The translations under genes and the position numbers were made by a program. From Euryarchaeota archaeon UBA501 (GTDB lineage: Archaea; Thermoplasmatota; Poseidoniia; Poseidoniales; Thalassarchaeaceae), in assembly GCA_002505685.1 (NCBI GenBank), contig DAVT01000069.1:1-38664 (forward strand): a stretch of 38,664 nucleotides of DNA. Reading direction: 5' to 3'. The notes beneath the pieces were generated by a model. The model searched no databases and was not told where the DNA came from. It saw only the letters and a program-made list of their open reading frames with translations. Below are positions 1 through 8,838 of the stretch, piece by piece (positions within the stretch are counted from its first letter, which is position 1; the number at the start of each line of letters is the position of its first letter).

Positions 1-1029
1 GGCCATTCACGGGGAGTTTGCCCATTTTCCAAATTCATCTGTATGAATAGCGGCTCGGAATCAGTTACGGTGAGCCTTAGAATCGCTGACGTGAATGCAA
101 ATTTGCAGACAGGGCCTGGAGGGAGACACGAAGGCAAACCAATCAAGTTAGTCGCGATTGAACAAGCATTCCATGGCCGTACAGATAGACCTGCACAAAT
201 ATCTCATTCATGTAAAGAGGGTTATGATAAGAATTTAGCAACATTCAGAGATCGAGATAATCTATTGTTGGTGCCAGCAAACGATACAGAAGCATTGCGT
301 GCAGTATTTGGGCGCGCCGATGAAGAAGGTTTCTTCATCGAAATGATGGCAATCGAACCAGTTCAAGGCGAGGGTAATCCAGGTCAATGTGTTACTCGTG
401 AGTTTTACGATGAAGCACGGCGATTAACACTTGAGCATGGAAGTATGCTATTGGTTGATTCAATTCAAGCTGGGCTGAGGGGCCAAGGTTGCCTTTCAAT
501 CATTGATTATCCTGGGTTTGAAACTTGCGAAGTTCCAGATTTGGAAACTTGGTCAAAGGCGCTCAATGCCGGTCAGTACCCACTTTCTGTTCTAGGCTTG
601 TCACCTAGGGCGGCCGAGTTCTATGTTGTCGGCATATATGGAAACACGATGACTACCAATCCTCGTGCTTTGGAAACAGCCGTTGCAGTATTGGATCAGA
701 TTACTCCAGAGTTGAGGAATAATATCCGCGAGCGGGGTCAAGAATTGGTTCAAAAATTAGCAGTGTTGGCTGAAAAGATGCCCGACATTATCGTTAAAGT
801 GCAGGGTACAGGATTACTATGTAGTGCAGAATTGAATCCAGAAACCCATCCAGTAGTAGGATTTGGTCAGGTGGAAGAACTCTGCCGAACTATGGGTTTG
901 GGTATCATACATGGAGGGAAAAACGCCTTGCGATTCACACCTCATTTCGGCATAACATCGAAAGAAATCGATTTGATTATTGAAATCGTTGAACAAGCGC
1001 TAGTGCTACATGCAAATCGTGAATCGTGA
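1..1029 (+). CDS. Class III PLP-dependent aminotransferase (ornithine/acetylornithine/lysine aminotransferase-like), 5' truncated by window edge
   Basis: Frame is open from base 1 (GHSRGVCPFSKFICMNSGSES). Class III motifs: NSGSES, AFHGRT, IEPVQGEG, VDSIQAG (DEVQ-like) and SKALNAG (PLP lysine). Confidence 0.85.
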   Translation, partial: GHSRGVCPFSKFICMNSGSESVTVSLRIADVNANLQTGPGGRHEGKPIKLVAIEQAFHGRTDRPAQISHSCKEGYDKNLATFRDRDNLLLVPANDTEALRAVFGRADEEGFFIEMMAIEPVQGEGNPGQCVTREFYDEARRLTLEHGSMLLVDSIQAGLRGQGCLSIIDYPGFETCEVPDLETWSKALNAGQYPLSVLGLSPRAAEFYVVGIYGNTMTTNPRALETAVAVLDQITPELRNNIRERGQELVQKLAVLAEKMPDIIVKVQGTGLLCSAELNPETHPVVGFGQVEELCRTMGLGIIHGGKNALRFTPHFGITSKEIDLIIEIVEQALVLHANRES

Positions 1030-1038
1030 TGTGATGGT

Positions 1039-1515
1039 GTGTCTGAGCAATTGACGATAGAATACATCGATGTATATTCTCCAAACGGCGACGGTCCAAT
1101 CAATCAATGGATTAATGCAATTCTAGATGGGGTTGAGCCGGAGCCCGATTCAAAAATCTACCATTGGGTTCATGTTCGTGATGCCGAAAGGGCCCATCTA
1201 ATTTTGACCAAGCATAGAATCAACGGACACTTTCAATTGTGTGGTAGGAGGGCTTGGACACAAGAAATGGTCCTTGTTGAAATTAAGCGATTGTGGGCCC
1301 GTTTCCAGAATACAATTGAGCATAGCCATACAATAGATTCTCTCAGCGAAACCCCTTCTCCTGCTGCCGTCCAGTATAGTGGTGAGCGCCGGCGCCCAGA
1401 TTTGGCACCAATTCACAATGCACTTGTTGAATGTGGCACAGAGGGTTGGCGCCCCATGACTGCAATGCGTGTTGGGCTAATGGAATGTATTGCTCATTCA
1501 TTTGAACAAATCTGA
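1039..1515 (+). CDS. Hypothetical protein (158 aa)
   Basis: GTG start 9 nt after the aminotransferase stop, fills the gap up to the convergent dys, and has protein-like composition. No family recognised. Confidence 0.65.
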   Translation: MSEQLTIEYIDVYSPNGDGPINQWINAILDGVEPEPDSKIYHWVHVRDAERAHLILTKHRINGHFQLCGRRAWTQEMVLVEIKRLWARFQNTIEHSHTIDSLSETPSPAAVQYSGERRRPDLAPIHNALVECGTEGWRPMTAMRVGLMECIAHSFEQI

Positions 1516-2475
1516 ACCTAGCAAAGGCAGTAGCACACTTGCATCTCCTTCTACTGTCACCTGAGGTGCCTCGGGTCTGATTTTTCCCCATGAAATAGCT
1601 TCGCGTAATCTTGCACCAGACAGGCTCCCGTCGTGTTCAGAAGCAGTTGTGATTCCAACAGCAGAGTCTAACCCGCCACGATATTGATTCCACCATATCA
1701 CGTGATGCTTTGAAATGCCACCTCCAACCATAAGGGCGTGACTTTCTTCACAGGTCCAAGTAAGATCAGATAGGATTTGTTCGTCTGCAAGAAAATCAAT
1801 CATGAAATCAGGACTACGCTGACGGTGCATGAACAACTGCGCCCCAATCGAGCCATCTGAAAGACCCGGGATTACAATGGGGATGCGGTGTTTTGCAGCC
1901 CAATATAGCAGGCTATTTTCATCCCGAATTCTATCTCCAAAGGCCCAACATAATTCCACACTACCGAATCCATGCCAAGGGTTTTCTGGATTAATCTCCC
2001 TGCGCTCTTTCTCAATTTCTTCTAGCCATGGAAGGACAGATTGTTCCAAAATTTCGCCATAGCACTCATTTGGGACGATTACATTCCCTAATCGATTAAG
2101 GCCTTGTTCACCCAGTTCTACATCATCAAGTTCGAAGGCCCCATGGTAGTATGCTTGGTATGTCCTAGCAATGTCGTGATCCAAGGTTCCACAAGTAGTA
2201 ATTACGACATTGTAGGCTTTGCGTTTGATAGCCTCTACGAAGAAACCCCTTGTCCCTGTCGCACAAAGGCAAGCTGGGAATGATAGCCAATTCAGAACCC
2301 CCTCTTGATTTGATTTTAACATGGCTTCAGCCAACACATCTCGCGCGTGAGCCAGTTTCGTTGCAGAAAACCCGCCTGCACTTGCCATTTGATCGATTAG
2401 TGACGAAACTCCATCAATCTCACTGAATGAATAATCCACGACAGGGGCATCGAAATCATCGCGCTCTATCGACAT
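1498..2475 (-). CDS. dys: Deoxyhypusine synthase (aIF5A modification)
   Basis: Motifs GGFSA, TTCGTLDHD, LNRLGNV, SDGSIG, GGGISKHH and DGSLSGARLREAISWGKI (catalytic Lys). Start placed at MSIERDD (ATG 2475). Confidence 0.95.
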   Translation of the reverse strand: MSIERDDFDAPVVDYSFSEIDGVSSLIDQMASAGGFSATKLAHARDVLAEAMLKSNQEGVLNWLSFPACLCATGTRGFFVEAIKRKAYNVVITTCGTLDHDIARTYQAYYHGAFELDDVELGEQGLNRLGNVIVPNECYGEILEQSVLPWLEEIEKERREINPENPWHGFGSVELCWAFGDRIRDENSLLYWAAKHRIPIVIPGLSDGSIGAQLFMHRQRSPDFMIDFLADEQILSDLTWTCEESHALMVGGGISKHHVIWWNQYRGGLDSAVGITTASEHDGSLSGARLREAISWGKIRPEAPQVTVEGDASVLLPLLGSDLFK

Positions 2476-2527
2476 GTGAACAAGCCCGCGAACCAGCACC
2501 TCCACTTCAAAGAGTGGTTTGAAAAAA

Positions 2528-4828
2528 TCAATTGGAAGTTGAGTTTTCCAATTGGAAAATCCTATCTCTTAATTGGGCCGCTTTCTCGAATTCTAACCGC
2601 TCTGCAGCCTGAATCATTTCTTTCTTCAAACGATCAATGAGTACCAAATCTTCGTTGACATCTGAATCAAATTCTTCCGAATCGGGTTGTGATAAGTTGG
2701 AAAGTACATCATCACCCCATAATCCGGCACCTAGATTGAATTTCTTCACCAAATCATTTGCTCGACTCTTCGTACTCTGACTCGATGAACCCCCTACAAA
2801 CCGCTTTCCTCCAGTCACGCCTTTACCAGCCGTTCCTGCTAGAAGTTGTTCAGCTTCAATGCCCATTACTGGTAGGGGTTTGACGATAGTTTTCGGAATA
2901 ATTCCATGAGTTTCGTTGTGTGCGAGTTGTTTTTGACGCCTTTCAATTGTCTGGGATATGGCCGATTCCATGGCTCTACCCATAGAGTCTGCATACAGAA
3001 TGACTTTGCCATTTTCATTCCGAGAAGCCCGCCCAATGGTTTGGAGTAAACTACGTTCATTGCGTAAGAATCCCTCTTTGTCGGCATCAAAGATAGCAAC
3101 TAAACTAACCTCGGGAATGTCTAATCCTTCACGTAGCAAATTGATTCCCACTACTACATCGATGTGACCAATTCGAAGCGCTTTGATAATTTCACTTCGC
3201 TCAAGAGTGTCTATCTCAGAATGTAGGTAGTGTGCTTTTATTCCCATCCTTTGGAGATAATCCGCAACCTCTTCTGCAAATTTGATGGTCATTACGGTGA
3301 CAAGTACCCTTTCATTTCTTTGTGTACAATCATTGATTTCATCAAGCAAATTCTGTACTTGACCTTCAGTTGGTCGAACTTCAATAGAGGGGTCAAGTAA
3401 TCCCGTTGGACGAATTTCCATTCTAGAAATGCCCTGTATTTCCCCAAGTGCATCTTTGAGTAGAGGTTTGCGCTTTTCTTTCGGGTCTTGCTCGGGCATA
3501 TTTTGTCCGGTACATTCGCAAAGTTGCCGCAACTCTCGTTCACCAGGGGTGGCACTGACATACAGTAATTGATGGACGAGAGATTGGAATTCATGGTCTT
3601 TCAAAGGTCGATTATCAGCTGCAGAAGGCAGCCTGAATCCATGCTCGATTAGATTGTCTTTGCGAGCCTTATCTCCGTGATACATTCCACCCAATTGAGG
3701 AAGGGTCACGTGACTTTCATCCATTATCACTAGGAATTTTTCTTTTGATCCATGGAATGTTTTCGCACAAGCAGAAAAGAAATCTAGTAAGCAATATGGG
3801 CGCTCACCATAGGTCCGTCCATCAAAGTGCATCGAGTAGTTCTCCACACTTCTACAATGACCAATTTCCTTCAACATGTCAAGGTCATACCTAGTTTTGG
3901 ATTCCAACCGATGAGCTTCCAAATCTCTACCTTCTTTTTCAAAGAAATCCAGGCGCTCTTGCAATTCGAATTCAATATCATCCAGAGCTCTTTCAAATCT
4001 CTCGGGACTAGTCATAAAGAATTCCTTGGGGTGAACCCACACTTCCTCAACTTCATCCACTGCTTCCCAAGAAACAGATTCACAGACTTGAATTCTAATA
4101 ATTCCATCTAAGTCAAATTGAATTCTCAAAGGATCATCCCGACTCGGCATCCACAAATCGAGAACCTCTCCCCTCAACCTCAATTCCCCACGCGATATTT
4201 CCCCGGTAACTCTGCGATATTGTAACGCAACTAATTCCTTCACGACATCGTGTGGTTCGACTTGTTGCCCAACATGAATTCGCGCATGTTGTTGCAAAAA
4301 TGTCTCAGGGGGGTTAAGGCCGTAAATCGCTGAAACGGTTGCCACGACTAGGACATCCGGACGAGATACAAGTGAGGCAACGGTTGAGAACCTCTCTTGT
4401 TCGATTCGTTCGTTCAGCGATAGTTCCTTTTCGATGTACAAATCTCTCTTGGGTAGGTATGCTTCTGGTTGATAATAATCGTAATGGGAAACAAAGTATT
4501 CAACGGCATTGTTTGGAAATAGCGACGACATTTCCTGCCACAATTGCCTCGACAATGTCTTGTTGTGTGAGAGGATCAAAGTCGGGATATTGAGTGATTC
4601 GATGATATTGGCCATTGCGAATGTTTTGCCCGATCCTGTGACGCCTAACATGACGCATCTTGACTGTGAATTTCTCAATTGAGAAAGTGTTTTTTCAATT
4701 GCACTTTCTTGGTCTCCAGATGGCCCGTATTCAGCACGGAGTTCAAACTTGGAAACCGTTGGGTCGAGATGGGCTTTTGCCGCCCCATCTAGAGCCTTAG
4801 AGAGATCGAAAGGATCCACGCTATTCAT
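2528..4828 (-). CDS. uvrB: Excinuclease ABC subunit B
   Basis: GVTGSGKT Walker A, beta-hairpin YDYYQPEAY, DESH, GINLLREGLD, QTIGRASR and a C-terminal UVR domain (LEFEKAAQLRD). ATG 4828 overlaps the ubiA stop (ATGA). Confidence 0.96.
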   Translation of the reverse strand: MNSVDPFDLSKALDGAAKAHLDPTVSKFELRAEYGPSGDQESAIEKTLSQLRNSQSRCVMLGVTGSGKTFAMANIIESLNIPTLILSHNKTLSRQLWQEMSSLFPNNAVEYFVSHYDYYQPEAYLPKRDLYIEKELSLNERIEQERFSTVASLVSRPDVLVVATVSAIYGLNPPETFLQQHARIHVGQQVEPHDVVKELVALQYRRVTGEISRGELRLRGEVLDLWMPSRDDPLRIQFDLDGIIRIQVCESVSWEAVDEVEEVWVHPKEFFMTSPERFERALDDIEFELQERLDFFEKEGRDLEAHRLESKTRYDLDMLKEIGHCRSVENYSMHFDGRTYGERPYCLLDFFSACAKTFHGSKEKFLVIMDESHVTLPQLGGMYHGDKARKDNLIEHGFRLPSAADNRPLKDHEFQSLVHQLLYVSATPGERELRQLCECTGQNMPEQDPKEKRKPLLKDALGEIQGISRMEIRPTGLLDPSIEVRPTEGQVQNLLDEINDCTQRNERVLVTVMTIKFAEEVADYLQRMGIKAHYLHSEIDTLERSEIIKALRIGHIDVVVGINLLREGLDIPEVSLVAIFDADKEGFLRNERSLLQTIGRASRNENGKVILYADSMGRAMESAISQTIERRQKQLAHNETHGIIPKTIVKPLPVMGIEAEQLLAGTAGKGVTGGKRFVGGSSSQSTKSRANDLVKKFNLGAGLWGDDVLSNLSQPDSEEFDSDVNEDLVLIDRLKKEMIQAAERLEFEKAAQLRDRIFQLENSTSN

Positions 4829-5676
4829 GCAATCATCAATCCTCCCAGCAACACCCACCCAGTTACAACACTGGTATAGAAAAACGTCTTCTGAAAGTCA
4901 GCTAAGCGTTGTTGGGCTAGAATCACACAGATGTTAATCAAACACATGAGAATGGCTGCACCCATGAATGTGAATTCATCAATCGGGTCAGCGATTGCAA
5001 AACAGGCAAACCAAAGCAGGGTGAGTTGGATACTGGTTCGGAGAGTGTGCTGTTCTCCGAATCGAGCGGGGAAAGAATAAACTCCATTTTCACGGTCACT
5101 ATCGACGTCCATCAATGCATAATTGAGGTCGAAAGCAGCAATCCAAAACATGACACCCAAACAAACCCAAAACACAGTTGGATACCAATAGAATTCAGTG
5201 ATTGCATCCCAACCCAATTCCCCTCCTTGTATCCCCAACCAAGCACCGGCAGGAGCGAGACCCAAACACAAACCGAGCCACAAATGGCACGCCCAAGTGA
5301 TTCTTTTCGTGTATGGATATATGACAAATGCAAGAACGGGTAACCAACTCATTGCCAAAGCCACTTCATTCAATTGCCATGCCCCTAACAAAAGCATTGC
5401 CAAAAAGAGGCCCGATAATGACCACGCCACCCTCATGCTCATGGTGCCTGAGGCCAAGTGACGCTCAGATGTTCTTGGATTATTCGAATCAATTTCTCGG
5501 TCAATAATCCGATTGAGTGCCATGGCCAGTCCTCTAGCACCAATCGCAGCCACAAGAATCCAGGTAAGTTGAATCAGAGTTGGGTCACCTGCAATCTTGG
5601 CCCCAATGAATACGAATGGAAGCGAAAATAACGTATGTTCAATTTTCACAAATTCAAGAATCTCTCTCAAGCCCAT
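4825..5676 (-). CDS. ubiA: UbiA-family prenyltransferase (MqnP / 4-hydroxybenzoate polyprenyltransferase-like)
   Basis: KIEHTLFSLPF, NRIIDREID..NPRT, YPYTKR and FDLNYALMDVDSD motifs, with multiple TM helices. Start at MGLREIL overlaps the ubiD end. Confidence 0.9.
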   Translation of the reverse strand: MGLREILEFVKIEHTLFSLPFVFIGAKIAGDPTLIQLTWILVAAIGARGLAMALNRIIDREIDSNNPRTSERHLASGTMSMRVAWSLSGLFLAMLLLGAWQLNEVALAMSWLPVLAFVIYPYTKRITWACHLWLGLCLGLAPAGAWLGIQGGELGWDAITEFYWYPTVFWVCLGVMFWIAAFDLNYALMDVDSDRENGVYSFPARFGEQHTLRTSIQLTLLWFACFAIADPIDEFTFMGAAILMCLINICVILAQQRLADFQKTFFYTSVVTGWVLLGGLMIA

Positions 5677-7508
5677 GTTCGCACCTCTTGATCGTACCAA
5701 GTGTCGACTTTCTTCTGAACATCCGGGTCGTGCAAACAAACAGCAGGCCATCTTCGAACAGGCACGGCTCCTTCCTTACTAGGAATCGGCGCGGTCGCAT
5801 CCCAACAAATTCTGTGACCATCTTCGGAGAAATGTAAATCCCTTTTCACTTCGAATCTGCAAAATAGTTGCCACAGAAGAGTGCGCATAGCATCATCAGC
5901 ATTCAAATCCACAGAGTCGTCGGTGATAAATAGCCACCTTATATTATCTGAATCTTTCAATTGCCAAATTGAATTCATCAATTGAGATATTTTTTCCCTT
6001 TGTGCCTTTGCAGCCTCTTCGTTATTGACCTCAGTATTCTCAAATTCAGAAGGTCCACCTTCAATCCGTGTTGTGATTACGAGCATTGAAGGGCGCAACC
6101 ATCGGTGTTGCGTAATACCTTCAATGCCCTCAATAGTGGCATTTGCTCCCTCTTGCTGTCGTTGCGTCGAAGCGTCGATTAGCAATTTCGAATGGATACC
6201 CTCGACGGGTGCTGCGTGAGCCAATTGGTCTGCAACCATATCGTCCAAAACAACTAGGTCTTCTGGGATGGAAACATTTTGATCTAAGATATCCAATAGC
6301 GCGTCTAAATCTTTCACGTTGTGAGTTGGACCTGTTGCTACAATGCTCTTGAGAAACATCATTTGACCCGCTCCCCAAAGCCCGAGAGCGGTTTTCCTCG
6401 CCTGTGCAGGATACCTTTGCTTGGAAGCAACAATGGCCAAATTATGGAATCCCGTTTCTAGTGGTAAGAAGACATTGCAAACATCTCTGTGTTGGAATTT
6501 CAAGACTGGGAGGAATGCTTCTCCAATCGCTTCGCCAAGATATCCATCTTCCATGGGAGGTTTTCCAACGATTGTCATTGGTACAACGGCATTCTTACGA
6601 TGTGTAATCGCCGTAACATGGAGAACCGGAAACAAACCTTCAAGTGAATAATGACCGAAATGATCACCAAATGGCCCTTCAAGTCTTGTTTCGCCCGGAA
6701 TAGTGTACCCTTCAATCACAATGTCACATTCAGCGGGCACCCACAAATCCTGTGTCAAGCATTTCGTGATTCGCAAGCGTTGTTCACCTAGCATTCCTGC
6801 AAACATGTATTCCTCGAGGTTATCAGGAAGTGGTGCAATTGCACTAAACATCACTTCAGGAGGGCCACCCAAACAAATGGCGACGGGCATTTTCCCATCG
6901 TTTGCATCAGCGTGTTCAGCACCATGTTTGTGCATTTGCCAATGCAAACCAACTTCTTTGGGTCCGAAAACTTGAGCCCGGTACATACCGAGGTTGTGCT
7001 CGTTGTTTTCTGGATTTTTTGTGACGACTAATGGTAGCGTCATGAATGGTCCCCCATCTAGCCTCCAAGTTGTTGGAATGGGCAACTTCGTAACATTTGG
7101 ATTGGCCATTCGCACCTGTTGGCAAGCTCCTTTGCGGACCTTTTTCGGTGGTAATGCAAGTGCTCTTTTCGCTAGAGGCCATGCCTTCCATGGTCGCTTT
7201 ACGAATGTGCCAATATCGGGTTTCATCAACTCCGTCAATTTCAATCCAATCTCATTTGGTTTTTCGACTCTCAATGCCTGATTTGTTCTTCTTCTCGTTC
7301 CAAACAGATTCATCGCAAGTGGAAATTCAGAGATCGTTCCATCTGCAAGAATTGGTTGTTCGAAAATGACTGCGGGACCACCGTTTTTGACGAGCTTGTC
7401 CGCAATGCACCCGGCTTCCAAGTAGCAATCGACAGGGTGTGTGACTCGAATCAGGTCGCCCTGGTCCTCCAAGGCGCGCAGATATCGGCCCAAACGGCGC
7501 CATCCCAT
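5667..7508 (-). CDS. ubiD: UbiD-family decarboxylase (MqnL-like, menaquinone biosynthesis)
   Basis: NLFGT, DGGPFMT, NLGMYR, EGPFGDHFGHY and GKPPMED motifs. Long form with a second C-terminal-like segment. Confidence 0.92.
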   Translation of the reverse strand: MGWRRLGRYLRALEDQGDLIRVTHPVDCYLEAGCIADKLVKNGGPAVIFEQPILADGTISEFPLAMNLFGTRRRTNQALRVEKPNEIGLKLTELMKPDIGTFVKRPWKAWPLAKRALALPPKKVRKGACQQVRMANPNVTKLPIPTTWRLDGGPFMTLPLVVTKNPENNEHNLGMYRAQVFGPKEVGLHWQMHKHGAEHADANDGKMPVAICLGGPPEVMFSAIAPLPDNLEEYMFAGMLGEQRLRITKCLTQDLWVPAECDIVIEGYTIPGETRLEGPFGDHFGHYSLEGLFPVLHVTAITHRKNAVVPMTIVGKPPMEDGYLGEAIGEAFLPVLKFQHRDVCNVFLPLETGFHNLAIVASKQRYPAQARKTALGLWGAGQMMFLKSIVATGPTHNVKDLDALLDILDQNVSIPEDLVVLDDMVADQLAHAAPVEGIHSKLLIDASTQRQQEGANATIEGIEGITQHRWLRPSMLVITTRIEGGPSEFENTEVNNEEAAKAQREKISQLMNSIWQLKDSDNIRWLFITDDSVDLNADDAMRTLLWQLFCRFEVKRDLHFSEDGHRICWDATAPIPSKEGAVPVRRWPAVCLHDPDVQKKVDTWYDQEVRTWA

Positions 7509-7553
7509 GGCTTGTCGGAAACGCTCATCGTATGAAATACAGTGTGTGTGAGC

Positions 7554-7570
7554 CGGTGCCTATGGCACCG
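7554..7570. repeat. Intergenic inverted repeat, CCNTAGG-core family
   Basis: CGGTGCC-TAT-GGCACCG between divergent ubiD and GGR. Confidence 0.8.
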
Positions 7571-7607
7571 TGTGTTTCAAGGCCCGTATCGGTCGTTACC
7601 CATCCCA

Positions 7608-8834
7608 ATGGCGACCGAGTGCGATGTCCTAGTCGTTGGCGCCGGGCCGGGAGGTGGCTCTGCAGCGCTGCATTCAGCAAGAGCAGGTTTGTCGGTTATT
7701 TTGATTGAAGATCACGCAGAAATTGGTACTCCAGTTCATTGTGGGGAATGCCTTTCAGATATCGCTGTTGCCAATCTCGAATTGGACATTCCGGATTCTG
7801 TAATCAGCAAACGCGTTGAGGGGATTCGGGTGATTTTTCCAGATGGTACCGAAAAGAAACTCTCTGAATCTGGTTATGTGTTAGAGAAGCACTTGTTTGA
7901 GCAGTGGATTGCAAACGAGGCCGTTGCCCAAGGGGCGAGTCTGAATTTGAAGCATAAATTGACAGGGATGACACGAATCGAAAAGGATGGACAATTTTCT
8001 GGATGGTTGTGTGAAGGAAAAGGAGAGGCGTTCCCAATCACTGCCAAGGTCATTATCGATGCCTCTGGAGTTGCTGGCGTTTGCTCAAAGTTAACCAAAC
8101 TAAATGAACGCCCCAAAGTGATTGCAGGGATGCAATATGAGATGCTGGAAGTCCCCACGGATGGTTACCTAGATTTCTACATCTGGCCTAAGTATGCAAA
8201 GAAGGGGTACCTTTGGATGATACCAAAATGCGATGGACGAGCCAACGTTGGTTTGGTTAGCGAAGAAAAGAAGGGCCTCATCAACGATTTGGATTCGTTT
8301 ATCGAGAATACTCATTTCTCGGATCTTGAAGTGGTGAACCCCCCGTGGAGAGAAGATGGTCGCTCAATCCGAGGCTTTGGGGGAACAATCCCAATCTCTG
8401 GACCTCATGAGCGCACCTTCTTCGATGGTCTGCTCCTTGTGGGGGATGCCGCAGGATTTACATCACCTCTGTTTGAAGGCGGTTCACATCTCGCTCTCAA
8501 ATCCGCGGTATTCGCTGCAGAAACCGCAGCAGCAGCGATTGCTTCTGGAGATTATTCAAAATCCAATTTAGCGCCATACCAAACCGCTTGGAAGAAAGAA
8601 TTCCCTCCGTATGAAAAAATCTTGAAAGGGAAGACGGCGTTATATGATTTGAGTGATGATGACATGTCACTCATGGGTCGTTGTTTTCCTCAAGAAATGT
8701 CTGCAATGGGTCCCCACGGTAAAGTCATGGTCGGGTTGAGATTACTCTTCAGAAAACCCTCACTATACTTCAGACGCATTATCCCCGCCATGCTCGCATT
8801 TGGTTATAGCCGTGCGAAATACTACGGATGGTGA
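7608..8834 (+). CDS. Geranylgeranyl reductase family FAD-dependent oxidoreductase (DGGGPL reductase-like)
   Basis: VVGAGPGG Rossmann fold, PVHCGE, GYLWMIPK, ANVG and GDAAG..SPLFEGG. ATG at 7608. Confidence 0.88.
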   Translation: MATECDVLVVGAGPGGGSAALHSARAGLSVILIEDHAEIGTPVHCGECLSDIAVANLELDIPDSVISKRVEGIRVIFPDGTEKKLSESGYVLEKHLFEQWIANEAVAQGASLNLKHKLTGMTRIEKDGQFSGWLCEGKGEAFPITAKVIIDASGVAGVCSKLTKLNERPKVIAGMQYEMLEVPTDGYLDFYIWPKYAKKGYLWMIPKCDGRANVGLVSEEKKGLINDLDSFIENTHFSDLEVVNPPWREDGRSIRGFGGTIPISGPHERTFFDGLLLVGDAAGFTSPLFEGGSHLALKSAVFAAETAAAAIASGDYSKSNLAPYQTAWKKEFPPYEKILKGKTALYDLSDDDMSLMGRCFPQEMSAMGPHGKVMVGLRLLFRKPSLYFRRIIPAMLAFGYSRAKYYGW

Positions 8835-8838
8835 ATCG

